This document shows, one piece after another, positions 7,914 through 18,336 of a stretch of 64,000 nt of DNA. Every line of letters begins with the position of its first letter. Position 1 is the stretch's first letter. Under the pieces are notes generated by a model. That model had not been told where the DNA came from. It did not search any database and saw only the letters and a program-made list of their open reading frames with translations. The position numbers and the translations under genes were made by a program. The stretch is taken from assembly GCA_035543335.1 (NCBI GenBank), contig DASZZH010000028.1, positions 16,392 to 80,391 on the forward strand. The letters run 5' to 3'. The DNA is from Burkholderiales bacterium (GTDB lineage: Bacteria > Pseudomonadota > Gammaproteobacteria > Burkholderiales > JAHFRG01).

Positions 7914-9011
7914 TCAGCGGCCGGCGTAGTTGGTGTCGATCCAGCGCCGATACGCGCCGCTCATCACTTCGGCCACCCAGTCTGGGTTGTCGAGGTACCA
8001 AGCCACCGTCTTGCGAATCCCGGTTTCGAAGCTTTCCTCCGGCCGCCAGCCGAGTTCCCGTGAGATCTTGCTGAAGTCCATGGCGTAACGGCGGTCGTGG
8101 CCTGGACGGTCTTTGACGAACGTGATCAGCGAGGAGTAATGGGTGATGGGTGATGGGTGACCGGGTGATTGGGTGATTGGGTGAGGAACGAGGGGACGAA
8201 GTTCGTCGAGAATGCCGCAAACGGTTTTGACTACTTCTAGGTTGGTTTTTTCGCTGCCGCCGCCAATGTTGTACATTTTTCCGACCCGGCCGCGGGCCAG
8301 TACTGCCCGAATCGAAGCACAATGGTCGCCGACGTAGAGCCAGTCGCGGACATTCATCCCGTCGCCGTAGACCGGAAGGGGCTTGCCCTGCAGCGCGTTG
8401 AGTATCATCAGAGGTATGAGCTTTTCCGGAAATTGGTAAGGGCCATAGTTGTTGGAGCAATTCGTAACCATAACGGGCAGCCCATAGGTGCGGCAATAAG
8501 CCCGTACCAAATGATCGGCTCCCGCCTTGGACGCCGCGTAGGGGCTGTTCGGAGCGTAACGGCTGGTCTCGATGAAAGGAGCCTCATCGGGCTCGAGCGA
8601 ACCGTATACCTCATCGGTGGAGACGTGGAGAAAGCGGAACGCCGCTTGCTCCGGCTCCGGGAGTTTTTGCCAATGCGCCCGCGCTTCTTCCAGCAGGTGA
8701 AATGTGCCCAATACGTTGGTCAGGATAAAATCTTCCGGGCCGTATATCGACCGGTCGACGTGGCTTTCTGCGGCAAAGTGGACGATGGCGCGGGGTCGAT
8801 GCTGGACAAGCAGTTGGCTAACCAGCGTCCTGTCGCCTATATCGCCATGAACGAAAATATGTTTCGAGCTGTTCTTCAGGCTGGAAAGGTTGTGCAGGTT
8901 GCCGGCGTAAGTGAGCTTGTCCAGATTCACAACGGGGGTGCTTTCCGTTGCGATCCAGTCAAGCACGAAATTCGAACCGATAAATCCGGCGCCGCCGGTA
9001 ACGAGGATCAT
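7914..9011 (-). CDS. rfbB: dTDP-glucose 4,6-dehydratase
   Basis: 365 aa; [16 protein letters not shown]...[15 protein letters not shown]...[10 protein letters not shown]. Carries an in-frame heptamer-repeat-encoded segment (see the 8134-8186 repeat). Confidence 0.93.
   Translation of the reverse strand: MILVTGGAGFIGSNFVLDWIATESTPVVNLDKLTYAGNLHNLSSLKNSSKHIFVHGDIGDRTLVSQLLVQHRPRAIVHFAAESHVDRSIYGPEDFILTNVLGTFHLLEEARAHWQKLPEPEQAAFRFLHVSTDEVYGSLEPDEAPFIETSRYAPNSPYAASKAGADHLVRAYCRTYGLPVMVTNCSNNYGPYQFPEKLIPLMILNALQGKPLPVYGDGMNVRDWLYVGDHCASIRAVLARGRVGKMYNIGGGSEKTNLEVVKTVCGILDELRPLVPHPITQSPGHPSPITHYSSLITFVKDRPGHDRRYAMDFSKISRELGWRPEESFETGIRKTVAWYLDNPDWVAEVMSGAYRRWIDTNYAGR
8134..8186. repeat. Heptamer array F inside the rfbB coding sequence
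   Basis: gagtaatgggtgatgggtgatgggtgaccgggtgattgggtgattgggtgagg; on the coding strand it encodes [18 protein letters not shown]. Confidence 0.85.
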
Positions 9012-9098
9012 GTAACCGCTCCAAGAGCACGTGAATCAAAGCGGGATTGTAACGTCTGGCGCCCTGATTTTCCATGGCGTAAAGATAACGGGCGGTAT

Positions 9099-9266
9099 CA
9101 GGCTGTTGAAAAAGTCTCGCATCGTCATTGCGAGGAGCGCGGTCTGCGACGAAGCAATCTCGAACTCTTTGATTCGAAAAAGTGAGATTGCTTCCCCTTC
9201 GCTGCGCTCTGGGCTGCGGCTCACGCGCTCGCAATGACGGGTAATTCGACTTTATCAACAGCCTGG
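9099..9266. repeat. Nested palindromic (REP-like) element
   Basis: Three nested inverted-repeat pairs: tcaggctgttga/tcaacagcctgg, cgtcattgcgag/ctcgcaatgacg, gaagcaatctcg/gtgagattgcttc. Confidence 0.65.
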
Positions 9267-9342
9267 TATCCCGGTTTGCTGGTTTTGCATGCCAACATGA
9301 AGCAGGAAAGCTTGTTTTTGGCGCGGGAAGCGCGTAACATTG

Positions 9343-9364
9343 TTTCCGTAACATGTTACGGAAA
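9343..9364 (+). promoter_or_regulatory. Perfect 22-bp palindrome TTTCCGTAACATGTTACGGAAA (candidate operator)
   Basis: Read directly, 8 nt upstream of ATG 9372. A related half-site CGTAACAT lies at 9331-9338. Confidence 0.5.
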
Positions 9365-9371
9365 ATATATC

Positions 9372-10049
9372 ATGCGCCATAATCAAAATGAAGATTGGGC
9401 AAAACTCTGGAAAAGCATAGTCGAAATAGCAAAAAGCTATCCCGAGAGTGTTGTATTCATCGGCGGGGTTGCCGTTTACATTCATGTTTCCGGTGCCAAG
9501 GACGCAGCGGGGTTCATTGAAACCAGCCATGATGCCGACTTTTACATTTCGCTTGCCGATTTTGCCGATCTGCGCGATGTAGAAGAAGTCACCGCCAATC
9601 GCCGGCTCAACAAGTACCAGATTGTCAAGGACGGACTCGAGTACGATATTTACCTCGAGCACAACAATGCTCTTGCGGTGCCTTACCATGAGGTTTTTGC
9701 CCGCTCGACCGTTATAGAGGGTATCCGCGTTGCATGTCTGGAACACTTGGTGGTATTAAAACTTAACGCCTGGCAGGATCGGCGGGGCAGCGCGAAGGGA
9801 AGAAAAGATGAGCGCGACCTGATCAAGCTCTGTTGGCTGATAGCAAAACAGGGTTTTGACGCCGGTCTGGTGCGCCCTTATCTGACTGCGGAACAAGCCG
9901 GGCTGCTTTCAAACCTGCCCAAGTCGCCCGAATTTCTGGCTGTGACTTCCGGCAACATGCACGCTGCCCGCCCCCTGCGGGAAGCCTGCGAACGCGTGGC
10001 AAAAGAGCTGGCGAAACCGGCCAAGCCGGTCAAGCGTCCAAAGGGGTGA
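9372..10049 (+). CDS. Nucleotidyltransferase-fold protein (AbiEii/MNT-like, tentative)
   Basis: Track ORF 9234-10049; likely start is M47 (9372). VVFIGGVAVYIHVSG...ETSHDADFYIS resembles the GG...(D/E)xD NTase motif. GC is lower than the flanks. Confidence 0.5.
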   Translation: MRHNQNEDWAKLWKSIVEIAKSYPESVVFIGGVAVYIHVSGAKDAAGFIETSHDADFYISLADFADLRDVEEVTANRRLNKYQIVKDGLEYDIYLEHNNALAVPYHEVFARSTVIEGIRVACLEHLVVLKLNAWQDRRGSAKGRKDERDLIKLCWLIAKQGFDAGLVRPYLTAEQAGLLSNLPKSPEFLAVTSGNMHAARPLREACERVAKELAKPAKPVKRPKG

Positions 10050-10052
10050 ACA

Positions 10053-10490
10053 ATGAAACCCATCCCTTTTCGTCCCATGATTGCGCCGCCAAAAATTGCG
10101 GCCTCGCCACCGTCCCGCAAAGCCTATCCGCATCTCACTGACTTTGCGAGGCTGTGCGAAGCGGCCGGGATTCCCTCGCGCGTTACCGGCGGCGATCCGC
10201 TCCGAGTGGCGCTAGGCCCGGCGCAGGAGAGCATCCGCTGCGACAACATCCGCTACGTGGGTCTGGGGCAGGATTTCGCAAAGCCCGCGCGCGAAAAAGC
10301 GCTCAGGGCACTGGAAATACTCACGCACGCCTTCCATGAATACGCAGCCCGAGAGGCAGTATGCGGGCGAAACCTGTTCAGCGTTCCGGCGAAACCCGGG
10401 CGCCCGCGGTCGGCAGGCCGTCCCTTAAGTGCCGCGGAACGGATGAGGAGAATGAGGGCGCGCCCGGTTCGCAATGACAGATCAAAATGA
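10053..10490 (+). CDS. Hypothetical protein, 145 aa, basic C-terminal tail (PAKPGRPRSAGRPLSAAERMRRMRAR)
   Basis: ORF begins 3 nt after the NTase-like stop. I recognise no family. Confidence 0.4.
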   Translation: MKPIPFRPMIAPPKIAASPPSRKAYPHLTDFARLCEAAGIPSRVTGGDPLRVALGPAQESIRCDNIRYVGLGQDFAKPAREKALRALEILTHAFHEYAAREAVCGRNLFSVPAKPGRPRSAGRPLSAAERMRRMRARPVRNDRSK

Positions 10491-10522
10491 GCCACCGCGA
10501 ATAAACCGTGGTGGAAAGGCCT

Positions 10523-11830
10523 TCAGGCTTTGACGATATTGCCGGCAGGTTCCAGGTAGACGCCTCTCGTGTCGACGATCAATTTGGCATACTTTTTGAT
10601 GATGTGGTAATCGAAAGCATCGTGATTGGTGGTGAGCACCACGCAGTCGTAAACGGCGAGAGAATCGGGTGTTAGCGGGATGCTGTGCAGTGCAAAATCA
10701 TGCTTGCGTATTTTGGGGAAGACCGGCACATGCGGGTCCGAATAAGCTAATTCTGCGCCTTTGGCCCGGAGCAATTCCATCAGCTCAACGGCGGGAGATT
10801 CGCGCATGTCCTCCACGTTTTTTTTGTAGGCAATGCCGAGAACAAGAACACGGCTGCCCTTGATTGCCTTGCCTCGGTCATTCAATGCGTCGGCGATTTT
10901 TCCCAAGACCCACGTCGGCATGTTGCTATTGACTTCGCCCGCCAATTCGATGAAGCGGGTGTGCACACCGTATTGACGGGCTTTCCAAGTGAGATAAAAA
11001 GGATCGATGGGAATGCAGTGACCCCCCAGGCCGGGGCCGGGATAGTAAGGGACGAAACCAAACGGTTTGGTGGCGGCGGCGCGGATGACTTCGTGAATGT
11101 CGATGCCCATTTTGTCGGCGATGATTTTCATTTCATTCACCAAACCGATGTTGACCGCGCGGTGGATGTTTTCCAGCAACTTGGCCATTTCCGCCGTTCG
11201 TGCCGAACTCACCGGCACAACCTTGTCGATAGCTTGCCGGTAAAGCGCGAGGCCCGCTTTAAGGCAGGATGCAGTGGTGCCGCCGCAGACTTTGGGTATG
11301 GCCCGGATCTCGAAATCGGAATTGGCCGGGTCCACCCGCTCCGGTGAGAACACCAGAAATATATCTTTGCCGACTACGAGCCCGGTTGATTCGATGCGCG
11401 GCTTCAGTTCCTCATCCGTGGTTCCGGGATAGGTGGTGCTTTCCAGCGAGACCACTTGTCCCGCGCGCAAATGCGGCAGCAGCGAATTCAAGGTGCCGAG
11501 GACGAAGCTGAGATCCGGCTCTCGATAAGGATTGAGCGGCGTCGGAACGCAGATAATCAGCGCGTCCGCCTCGGAGGATTTCTTAAATTCGCTGGTGGCG
11601 ACGAAGCCTTTTTTCAGGGCAGTCGCGATGGATTGGCTGGGAATGTAACTGATGTAGCTCTCGCCTTTATTCAGGCGACTGACCTTGTCCGGATCGATAT
11701 CGATGCCCAACACCCGATAGCCGGCTTCGCTAAACCGCAGCATCAAGGGCAATCCCACATAGCCCAGGCCGATAATGCCGATGAGAGCGGACCGATTCTC
11801 CAGTTTTACGATGAGTTTACTGAGCGACAT
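10523..11830 (-). CDS. Nucleotide-sugar dehydrogenase (UDP-glucose/GDP-mannose dehydrogenase family, WbpA/TviB-like)
   Basis: Likely start M11 (11830): [29 protein letters not shown] (NAD-binding GxGxxG); ...GGHCIPIDP catalytic Cys motif. Confidence 0.85.
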   Translation of the reverse strand: MSLSKLIVKLENRSALIGIIGLGYVGLPLMLRFSEAGYRVLGIDIDPDKVSRLNKGESYISYIPSQSIATALKKGFVATSEFKKSSEADALIICVPTPLNPYREPDLSFVLGTLNSLLPHLRAGQVVSLESTTYPGTTDEELKPRIESTGLVVGKDIFLVFSPERVDPANSDFEIRAIPKVCGGTTASCLKAGLALYRQAIDKVVPVSSARTAEMAKLLENIHRAVNIGLVNEMKIIADKMGIDIHEVIRAAATKPFGFVPYYPGPGLGGHCIPIDPFYLTWKARQYGVHTRFIELAGEVNSNMPTWVLGKIADALNDRGKAIKGSRVLVLGIAYKKNVEDMRESPAVELMELLRAKGAELAYSDPHVPVFPKIRKHDFALHSIPLTPDSLAVYDCVVLTTNHDAFDYHIIKKYAKLIVDTRGVYLEPAGNIVKA

Positions 11831-11985
11831 ACACCACCGGAGCCTTAAAAAATCAGCCAATTATACACCAATGCGGAAGCGCTCCCCGGCACGGTCGGCC
11901 GCGTCCTTTGCCGGCCAATCTTTGAGCATAAATCGTTTCAGTGTAGGCTAGTGGGTCGCGAATCCCCCGACAATCAAAATCACTA

Positions 11986-13020
11986 ATGCCAAAAATTTTG
12001 CTGGTCAAAACCTCCTCGATGGGGGATGTCGTCCACAATCTGCCGGTGGTGAGCGACATCCGCCGGCATTTTCCCGAGGCGCACATCGACTGGGTGGTGG
12101 AGGAAGCGTATCAGGCGATTCCGGTGATGCACGCAGGAGTGGGCGCCGTTTTACCGGTGAAATTGCGCCGTTGGCGCAAAACGCTGTGGCAGCGGCAGAC
12201 CTGGTGGGAGCTTGCTGATTTCCGCGAGTGGCTGGGCAGCGGGCAGTACGATTTTATTCTCGATTCCCAGGGATTGATTAAAAGCGCGCTGATCACACGG
12301 CTGGCGCGCGGTGTGCGCTGCGGGCTCAACTGGAAGAGCGCGCGCGAGCCGCTGGGCTGGTTTTACGACCGTGTTTTTGACGTGCCGTGGACGCTGCACG
12401 CGGTGCAGAGAAACCGTTCGCTCGCCGCGCAGGCGCTGGGTTATGCGCTGGAGGGCAAGGCGGATTACGGCATTCAGGCCAAGCCCGCAAATTTTTCCTG
12501 GCTTAAAGCCCCCTATGCAGTGTTGTTGCATGCGAGCAGCGACAGCGACAAGCTTTGGCCGGAACCGCGCTGGATTGAGCTGGGTGCTTATCTGAATGGA
12601 TCGGGGCTCTCCTGCGTTCTGCCGTGGGGCAGCGAAGGCGAGCGGGTGCGCAGCGAGCGGCTGGCACGCCGGATAAAATTTTCTGTTATGCCCCCGCAGC
12701 TCACTCTTGACGAAGCGGCGTCCCTGCTTGCCGGCGCCAAAGTTGTCATCGGCGTCGATACCGGGCTTGCGCATCTCGCCGCGGCGCTCAAAGTCCCGGT
12801 CATCGGGATTTACTGCGCGACCGAGCCTCAAGACACCGGAATTTATTCCGAAAGCGCCGTCAATCTGGGCGGGAAAAATCGCCCGCCGGCGGTAGGCGCG
12901 GTTGCGGCGGCGCTCGATAAGTTGCTTGCGGTACGCTCCGACTTTCCTTCCCCCTTGATGGGGGAAAATTTAAACCCTCCCCTTCAAGGGGAGGGTACGG
13001 GTGGGGATGGGGTAGCGTGA
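11986..13020 (+). CDS. waaC: ADP-heptose:LPS heptosyltransferase I
   Basis: MPKILLVKTSSMGDVVHNLPVVSDIRRHFPEAHIDWVVEE is typical of WaaC/RfaC. The last ~25 codons (…SPLMGENLNPPLQGEGTGGDGVA*) are encoded by repeat sequence. Confidence 0.85.
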   Translation: MPKILLVKTSSMGDVVHNLPVVSDIRRHFPEAHIDWVVEEAYQAIPVMHAGVGAVLPVKLRRWRKTLWQRQTWWELADFREWLGSGQYDFILDSQGLIKSALITRLARGVRCGLNWKSAREPLGWFYDRVFDVPWTLHAVQRNRSLAAQALGYALEGKADYGIQAKPANFSWLKAPYAVLLHASSDSDKLWPEPRWIELGAYLNGSGLSCVLPWGSEGERVRSERLARRIKFSVMPPQLTLDEAASLLAGAKVVIGVDTGLAHLAAALKVPVIGIYCATEPQDTGIYSESAVNLGGKNRPPAVGAVAAALDKLLAVRSDFPSPLMGENLNPPLQGEGTGGDGVA

Positions 13021-13405
13021 AAGGGCAAATCAACAAGAGCATTCTTCAGGGCGGACTTCAACGCAGACTGCGCGACAACATGACTGATGCGGAGTTGCGC
13101 TTATGGCATTACCTGCATAGAAGGCAAATGGACGGTTTCAAATTCCGTAGGCAGCATCCTTTCGGAGACTACATTCTTGACTTTGTTTGCCTGGAAGCGA
13201 TGCTTGTAATCGAGATGGACGGAGGGCAGCATGGAGAGCACATGGAGCGGGACGCAGCTCGCACGGCAACGCTGATGAGCGCGGGTTTCAGGGTGCTGAG
13301 ATTTTGGAATAACGAGATATTTCATGACGTCGAAGCGGTTAAGGATTCGATATGGCGCGCTTTGCATACCCCACCCCCATCCCAACCTTCCCCCTGAGGG
13401 GGAAG
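12975..13405 (+). mobile_element. DUF559 gene flanked by ~40-bp imperfect terminal inverted repeats (selfish-element-like unit)
   Basis: Left CCCTCCCCTTCAAGGGGAGGGTACGGGTGGGGATGGGGTA (12975-13014) and right TACCCCACCCCCATCCCAACCTTCCCCCTGAGGGGGAAGG (13366-13405) are near reverse complements. Confidence 0.55.
13017..13397 (+). CDS. DUF559 (Vsr-like endonuclease fold) protein
   Basis: 126 aa, GTG start overlapping the waaC stop; MTDAELRLWHYLHRRQMDGFKFRRQHPFGDYILDFVC...IEMDGGQH...RVLRFWNNEI is the DUF559 pattern. Confidence 0.8.
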   Translation: MKGQINKSILQGGLQRRLRDNMTDAELRLWHYLHRRQMDGFKFRRQHPFGDYILDFVCLEAMLVIEMDGGQHGEHMERDAARTATLMSAGFRVLRFWNNEIFHDVEAVKDSIWRALHTPPPSQPSP

Positions 13406-13574
13406 GAGTTAAAAAATGGTGGCTTCCCGCGAAGAGGGAGGAGTTAAAAAATGGCGGCTTCTCCTTCACCGGCTTGAGCAGAGTGAATTCCTGCTCCCCC
13501 TGATGAGGAAGGAGTTAAAAAATGGTGACTTCTCACTGGTAGGGAGGGAGCTGAAGCCGGTGGCTTCCTCTGAT

Positions 13575-13790
13575 TTGCGAACCTCTCCTTCAAGAGGAGG
13601 CAGAATCTTACGATTCCTCCCCTTCACAGGGATGCAGAATTTTATGATCCCTCCCCTTCAAGGGGATGCAGAATTTTATGATCCCTCCCCCTCAAGGGGA
13701 TGCAGAATTTTAGAACCCTTCTCTTCACGGGGAGGCAGAATTTTATGATCCCTCCCCTTCAAGGGGAGGGTTGGGGTGGGGATGGGTTAT
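13575..13790. repeat. Six tandem ~34-35-bp hairpin units (CCTCCCCTTCAAGGGGA[T/G]GCAGAATTTTATGAT), preceded at 13395-13570 by GGAGGAGTTAAAAAATGG-type repeats
   Basis: Read directly. Units are contiguous with no unique spacers. The last unit ends in GGTTGGGGTGGGGATGGG, the left-TIR motif of the DUF559 unit. Confidence 0.8.
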
Positions 13791-13837
13791 TGAAAAGGAA
13801 CTGACGACCTTTCCCTCAGCGGTAAGGGGACATTGAG

Positions 13838-15085
13838 ATGATCAAGACGCGCTTCGTCTACACCCTGCTGACCTACGCGATGCTGCCTTTTGCGCTGCTG
13901 CATCTGCTATGGCGCAGCCGACGCCAGCCGGCCTATCTCAAGCATATTCCCGAGCGTTTCGGTTTTTACCGGGAAGCGCCCGGAAGACCGGTGATTTGGC
14001 TGCACGCGGTTTCAGTTGGCGAGACGCGCGCGGCGGAGCCGCTGGTGAAGGCTTTGCGCCAGGCGCATCCCGGGCATCAGATTCTGCTCACCCACATGAC
14101 GCCCACCGGGCGCGAAACCGGCGAGCAGCTTTTCGGCGGCAACGTTCTGCGCTGTTATCTTCCCTATGATTTCCCACAGGCGGCCGAGAGTTTTTTGCGG
14201 CATTTCAAACCGGTTGCCGGCGTGCTGCTGGAAACCGAAATCTGGTTTAACCTGATTCACCTCTGCAAGGAAAAAAAGATTCCGCTTTATCTGGTAAACG
14301 CTCGGCTCTCTGAAAAATCTGCCGCCCGTTACGCGCGTTTTGCAAGCCTAGTGCGGCCGGCGCTGCAATCGCTGACCGCTGTTTCAGCGCAGACGCAGCA
14401 GGACGCGGAGCGCTTGCGAGCGCTGGGCGCGGCAAGCGTTGAAGTCACGGGCAGCCTGAAATTCGACGTGAAGCCGCCCTCTTCCTTGCTCGAACTCGGT
14501 GGCGAATTGCGTTCCCGCTTTGGCGCGAGGCCGGTTTTTCTCGCCGCCAGCACCCGTGAATGCGAGGAGGAACTGGTGCTGCAAGCGGCCGCGGCAACCG
14601 GCCTTGCGGATCTGCTTACGGTCATCGTGTCGCGCCACCCGCAGCGCTTTGACGAAGTCGCGGCATTATTGCAAAGCCGTAATGTTCGCTTCCAGCGTAG
14701 AAGCGAAAATCGGCCTGTCGCCGCCGACACGCAATTTATACTGGGCGACAGCATGGGAGAAATGTTCGCTTACTATGCGGCGTGCGACGTGGCTTTCGTG
14801 GGCGGGAGTCTTCTGCCTTACGGAGGTCAGAACCTGCTCGAGGCCTGTGCGGTGGGCAAGCCGGTATTAATCGGCCCGCATACTTTTAACTTTGCCGAAG
14901 CTGCCGAGCTTGCGGTGCAAGCGGGTGCAGCGCAGCGCGTTACCAATGTTGCTGAACTTGGGGAGGCAATCAAATCCTTGTTTGCCGATGCAGCGAGACG
15001 AAAAGTGATGGGAGAAGCGGGCCGCACTTTCATTGCGCGGTATCAGGGCGCGACGCAAAGAATCCTGCGCTTAATCCGTTTTTAA
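13838..15085 (+). CDS. waaA: 3-deoxy-D-manno-octulosonic acid (Kdo) transferase
   Basis: 415 aa; WLHAVSVGETRAAEPLVKAL...THMTPTGRE is typical of KdtA/WaaA. Confidence 0.9.
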   Translation: MIKTRFVYTLLTYAMLPFALLHLLWRSRRQPAYLKHIPERFGFYREAPGRPVIWLHAVSVGETRAAEPLVKALRQAHPGHQILLTHMTPTGRETGEQLFGGNVLRCYLPYDFPQAAESFLRHFKPVAGVLLETEIWFNLIHLCKEKKIPLYLVNARLSEKSAARYARFASLVRPALQSLTAVSAQTQQDAERLRALGAASVEVTGSLKFDVKPPSSLLELGGELRSRFGARPVFLAASTRECEEELVLQAAAATGLADLLTVIVSRHPQRFDEVAALLQSRNVRFQRRSENRPVAADTQFILGDSMGEMFAYYAACDVAFVGGSLLPYGGQNLLEACAVGKPVLIGPHTFNFAEAAELAVQAGAAQRVTNVAELGEAIKSLFADAARRKVMGEAGRTFIARYQGATQRILRLIRF

Positions 15086-15109
15086 TTATTGACAACCTTG
15101 ATTACGCCG

Positions 15110-15245
15110 TGCCCGTTCGTGGTGATGCTTCGACAAGCTCAGCACTAAAGGCTGTCGAACGCTCTCCTGAGCGTAGTCGAAGGACATGAACGGAGGTAGG
15201 CTACGCCGCTCACCCTTCGACGAGCTCAGGGCGAGCGGCAAATTT
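15110..15245. repeat. REP-like intergenic element (FDKLS.../SPFDELRASG-type sequence)
   Basis: Direct and inverted sub-repeats ttcgacaagctcagcac / gtcgaacgc...gcgtagtcgaagg / ttcgacgagctcagggcgagcgg between waaA and pcm. Confidence 0.55.
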
Positions 15246-15255
15246 TGCAACTCGG

Positions 15256-15909
15256 TTAAAAAATAAAGCGTTCAGGCTGGGGCGCGTTGACCAGCGGTGT
15301 AATGCAGGTCTCGAACAAATCCACCGAGTTGTACGCTCCGGGCGCAACACAGGCAATCAGTCTTGCCGCCATCACCGGCGGATCGCCCACGATGGCAAAT
15401 AGCCTGCCGCCGGGATTCAGGCTTTGCTGCCACGCCTCGGGCAGCATCGGCACCGAACCGGTGAGCACAATCACATCGTAAGGCGCATGCGCATTCCAGC
15501 CGCGCGCGGCATCCCCCACTTCCAGCGTGGCGTTGCTGGTACTTTCGGAGCGGAGGGTTTGCGCCGCCTGCTTCGAAAACTCGGGAATGATTTCCACGCT
15601 ATAGACGTGCTGCGCTTTGGCGGCGAAGAGCGCGGTGAGGTAACCGCTGCCGGTGCCCACTTCAAGCACCATGTCGGTTTTTTTTGGCGCAAGCTCTTGT
15701 AGCACGCGCGCTTCCATTTTCGGCTGCCACATCGCCTGGTCGTGTCCCAAGGGGATTTCCATGTCGGCAAAAGCCAGCGCGCGCCATTTTTCCGGGACAA
15801 ACCGCTCGCGCCTGATTACAAGCAACAAATCAAGAACTTCCTGATCGAGCACTTCCCACGTGCGGATTTGCTGCTTGATCATGTTGAAGCGCGCTTGTTC
15901 GATATCCAT
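15256..15909 (-). CDS. pcm: Protein-L-isoaspartate O-methyltransferase family protein
   Basis: Likely start M22 (15909). VLEVGTGSGYLTALFA is the SAM-binding motif I. Confidence 0.8.
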   Translation of the reverse strand: MDIEQARFNMIKQQIRTWEVLDQEVLDLLLVIRRERFVPEKWRALAFADMEIPLGHDQAMWQPKMEARVLQELAPKKTDMVLEVGTGSGYLTALFAAKAQHVYSVEIIPEFSKQAAQTLRSESTSNATLEVGDAARGWNAHAPYDVIVLTGSVPMLPEAWQQSLNPGGRLFAIVGDPPVMAARLIACVAPGAYNSVDLFETCITPLVNAPQPERFIF

Positions 15910-15974
15910 GGACCTGAAATCGGAGGGCGTTTGCGAGCTTGCAATTATCGCATAGTCCGAGTAGCGTCTCACTT

Positions 15975-16105
15975 ACGTTAGGGGTCCTGGTTGTTAATGG
16001 AACCCTACAAAACTCCCAAGCGCAAGCGACGAGTTTTGTAGACCAGCCGGGTGAGATCATACCCTTATAACCTGATACGGATAATGCCGGCGCAGGGAAG
16101 CGTTG
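15975..16105 (+). promoter_or_regulatory. TPP (THI-box) riboswitch upstream of thiC
   Basis: GGGUGAGAUCAUACCCUUAUAACCUGAUACGGAUAAUGCCGGCGCAGGGAAG matches the conserved THI-box core (CUGAGA...ACCC...AACCUGAUCNGGNUAAUNCCNGCG.AGGGA). Downstream CCUCC (16110-16114) can pair with the GAGGAG SD (16134-16139), suggesting translational control. Confidence 0.8.
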
Positions 16106-16106
16106 A

Positions 16107-18017
<1,911 letters not shown>

Positions 18018-18039
18018 ACTAGACGGACGCTCTTCAAGT

Positions 18040-18267
18040 TTGGAGACCGCAATGAAGAAAAAACATCAGTTAACCGCGATTATCGAGAAAGAGGGCAACG
18101 GCTACGTGGCGCTGTGTCCGGAATTTGATATCGCCAGTCAAGGCTACACCATTGAGGAAGCGCGCAGTAACCTGCAGGAAGCCGTGGAGCTTTTTTTCGA
18201 AACCGCCGATCCCACCGAAGTCAAGCAACGCCATCCGCCAATCCGGCCTGCCGCGAAATTTATTTGA
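18040..18267 (+). CDS. HicB-like (UPF0150) antitoxin, apparently orphan
   Basis: 75 aa; LTAIIEKEGNGYVALCPEFDIASQGYTIEEARSNLQEAVELFFE is the HicB N-terminal fold pattern. I recognise no HicA partner. Confidence 0.65.
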   Translation: METAMKKKHQLTAIIEKEGNGYVALCPEFDIASQGYTIEEARSNLQEAVELFFETADPTEVKQRHPPIRPAAKFI

Positions 18268-18336
18268 GACTTCATGAAGTGGTGCCGCTTTGCGGCGGCC
18301 ATCTCAAACGACCGCTTAGACACCGCGTTCGCGGGC

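Noticed and set aside
8134-8186. rfbB being a pseudogene because of the repeat tract
   Set aside because: The reading frame is intact across the tract, all conserved RmlB motifs on both sides are in the same frame, and the insert maps to a variable segment. The gene is kept as a functional CDS with a flagged insertion.
13575-13790. Possible CRISPR array (regularly spaced ~35-bp hairpin repeats)
   Set aside because: Units are directly contiguous with no unique spacers, the repeat sequences drift, and no cas genes or leader are present. It is better explained as a tandem REP/MITE-like hairpin array related to the DUF559 inverted repeats.
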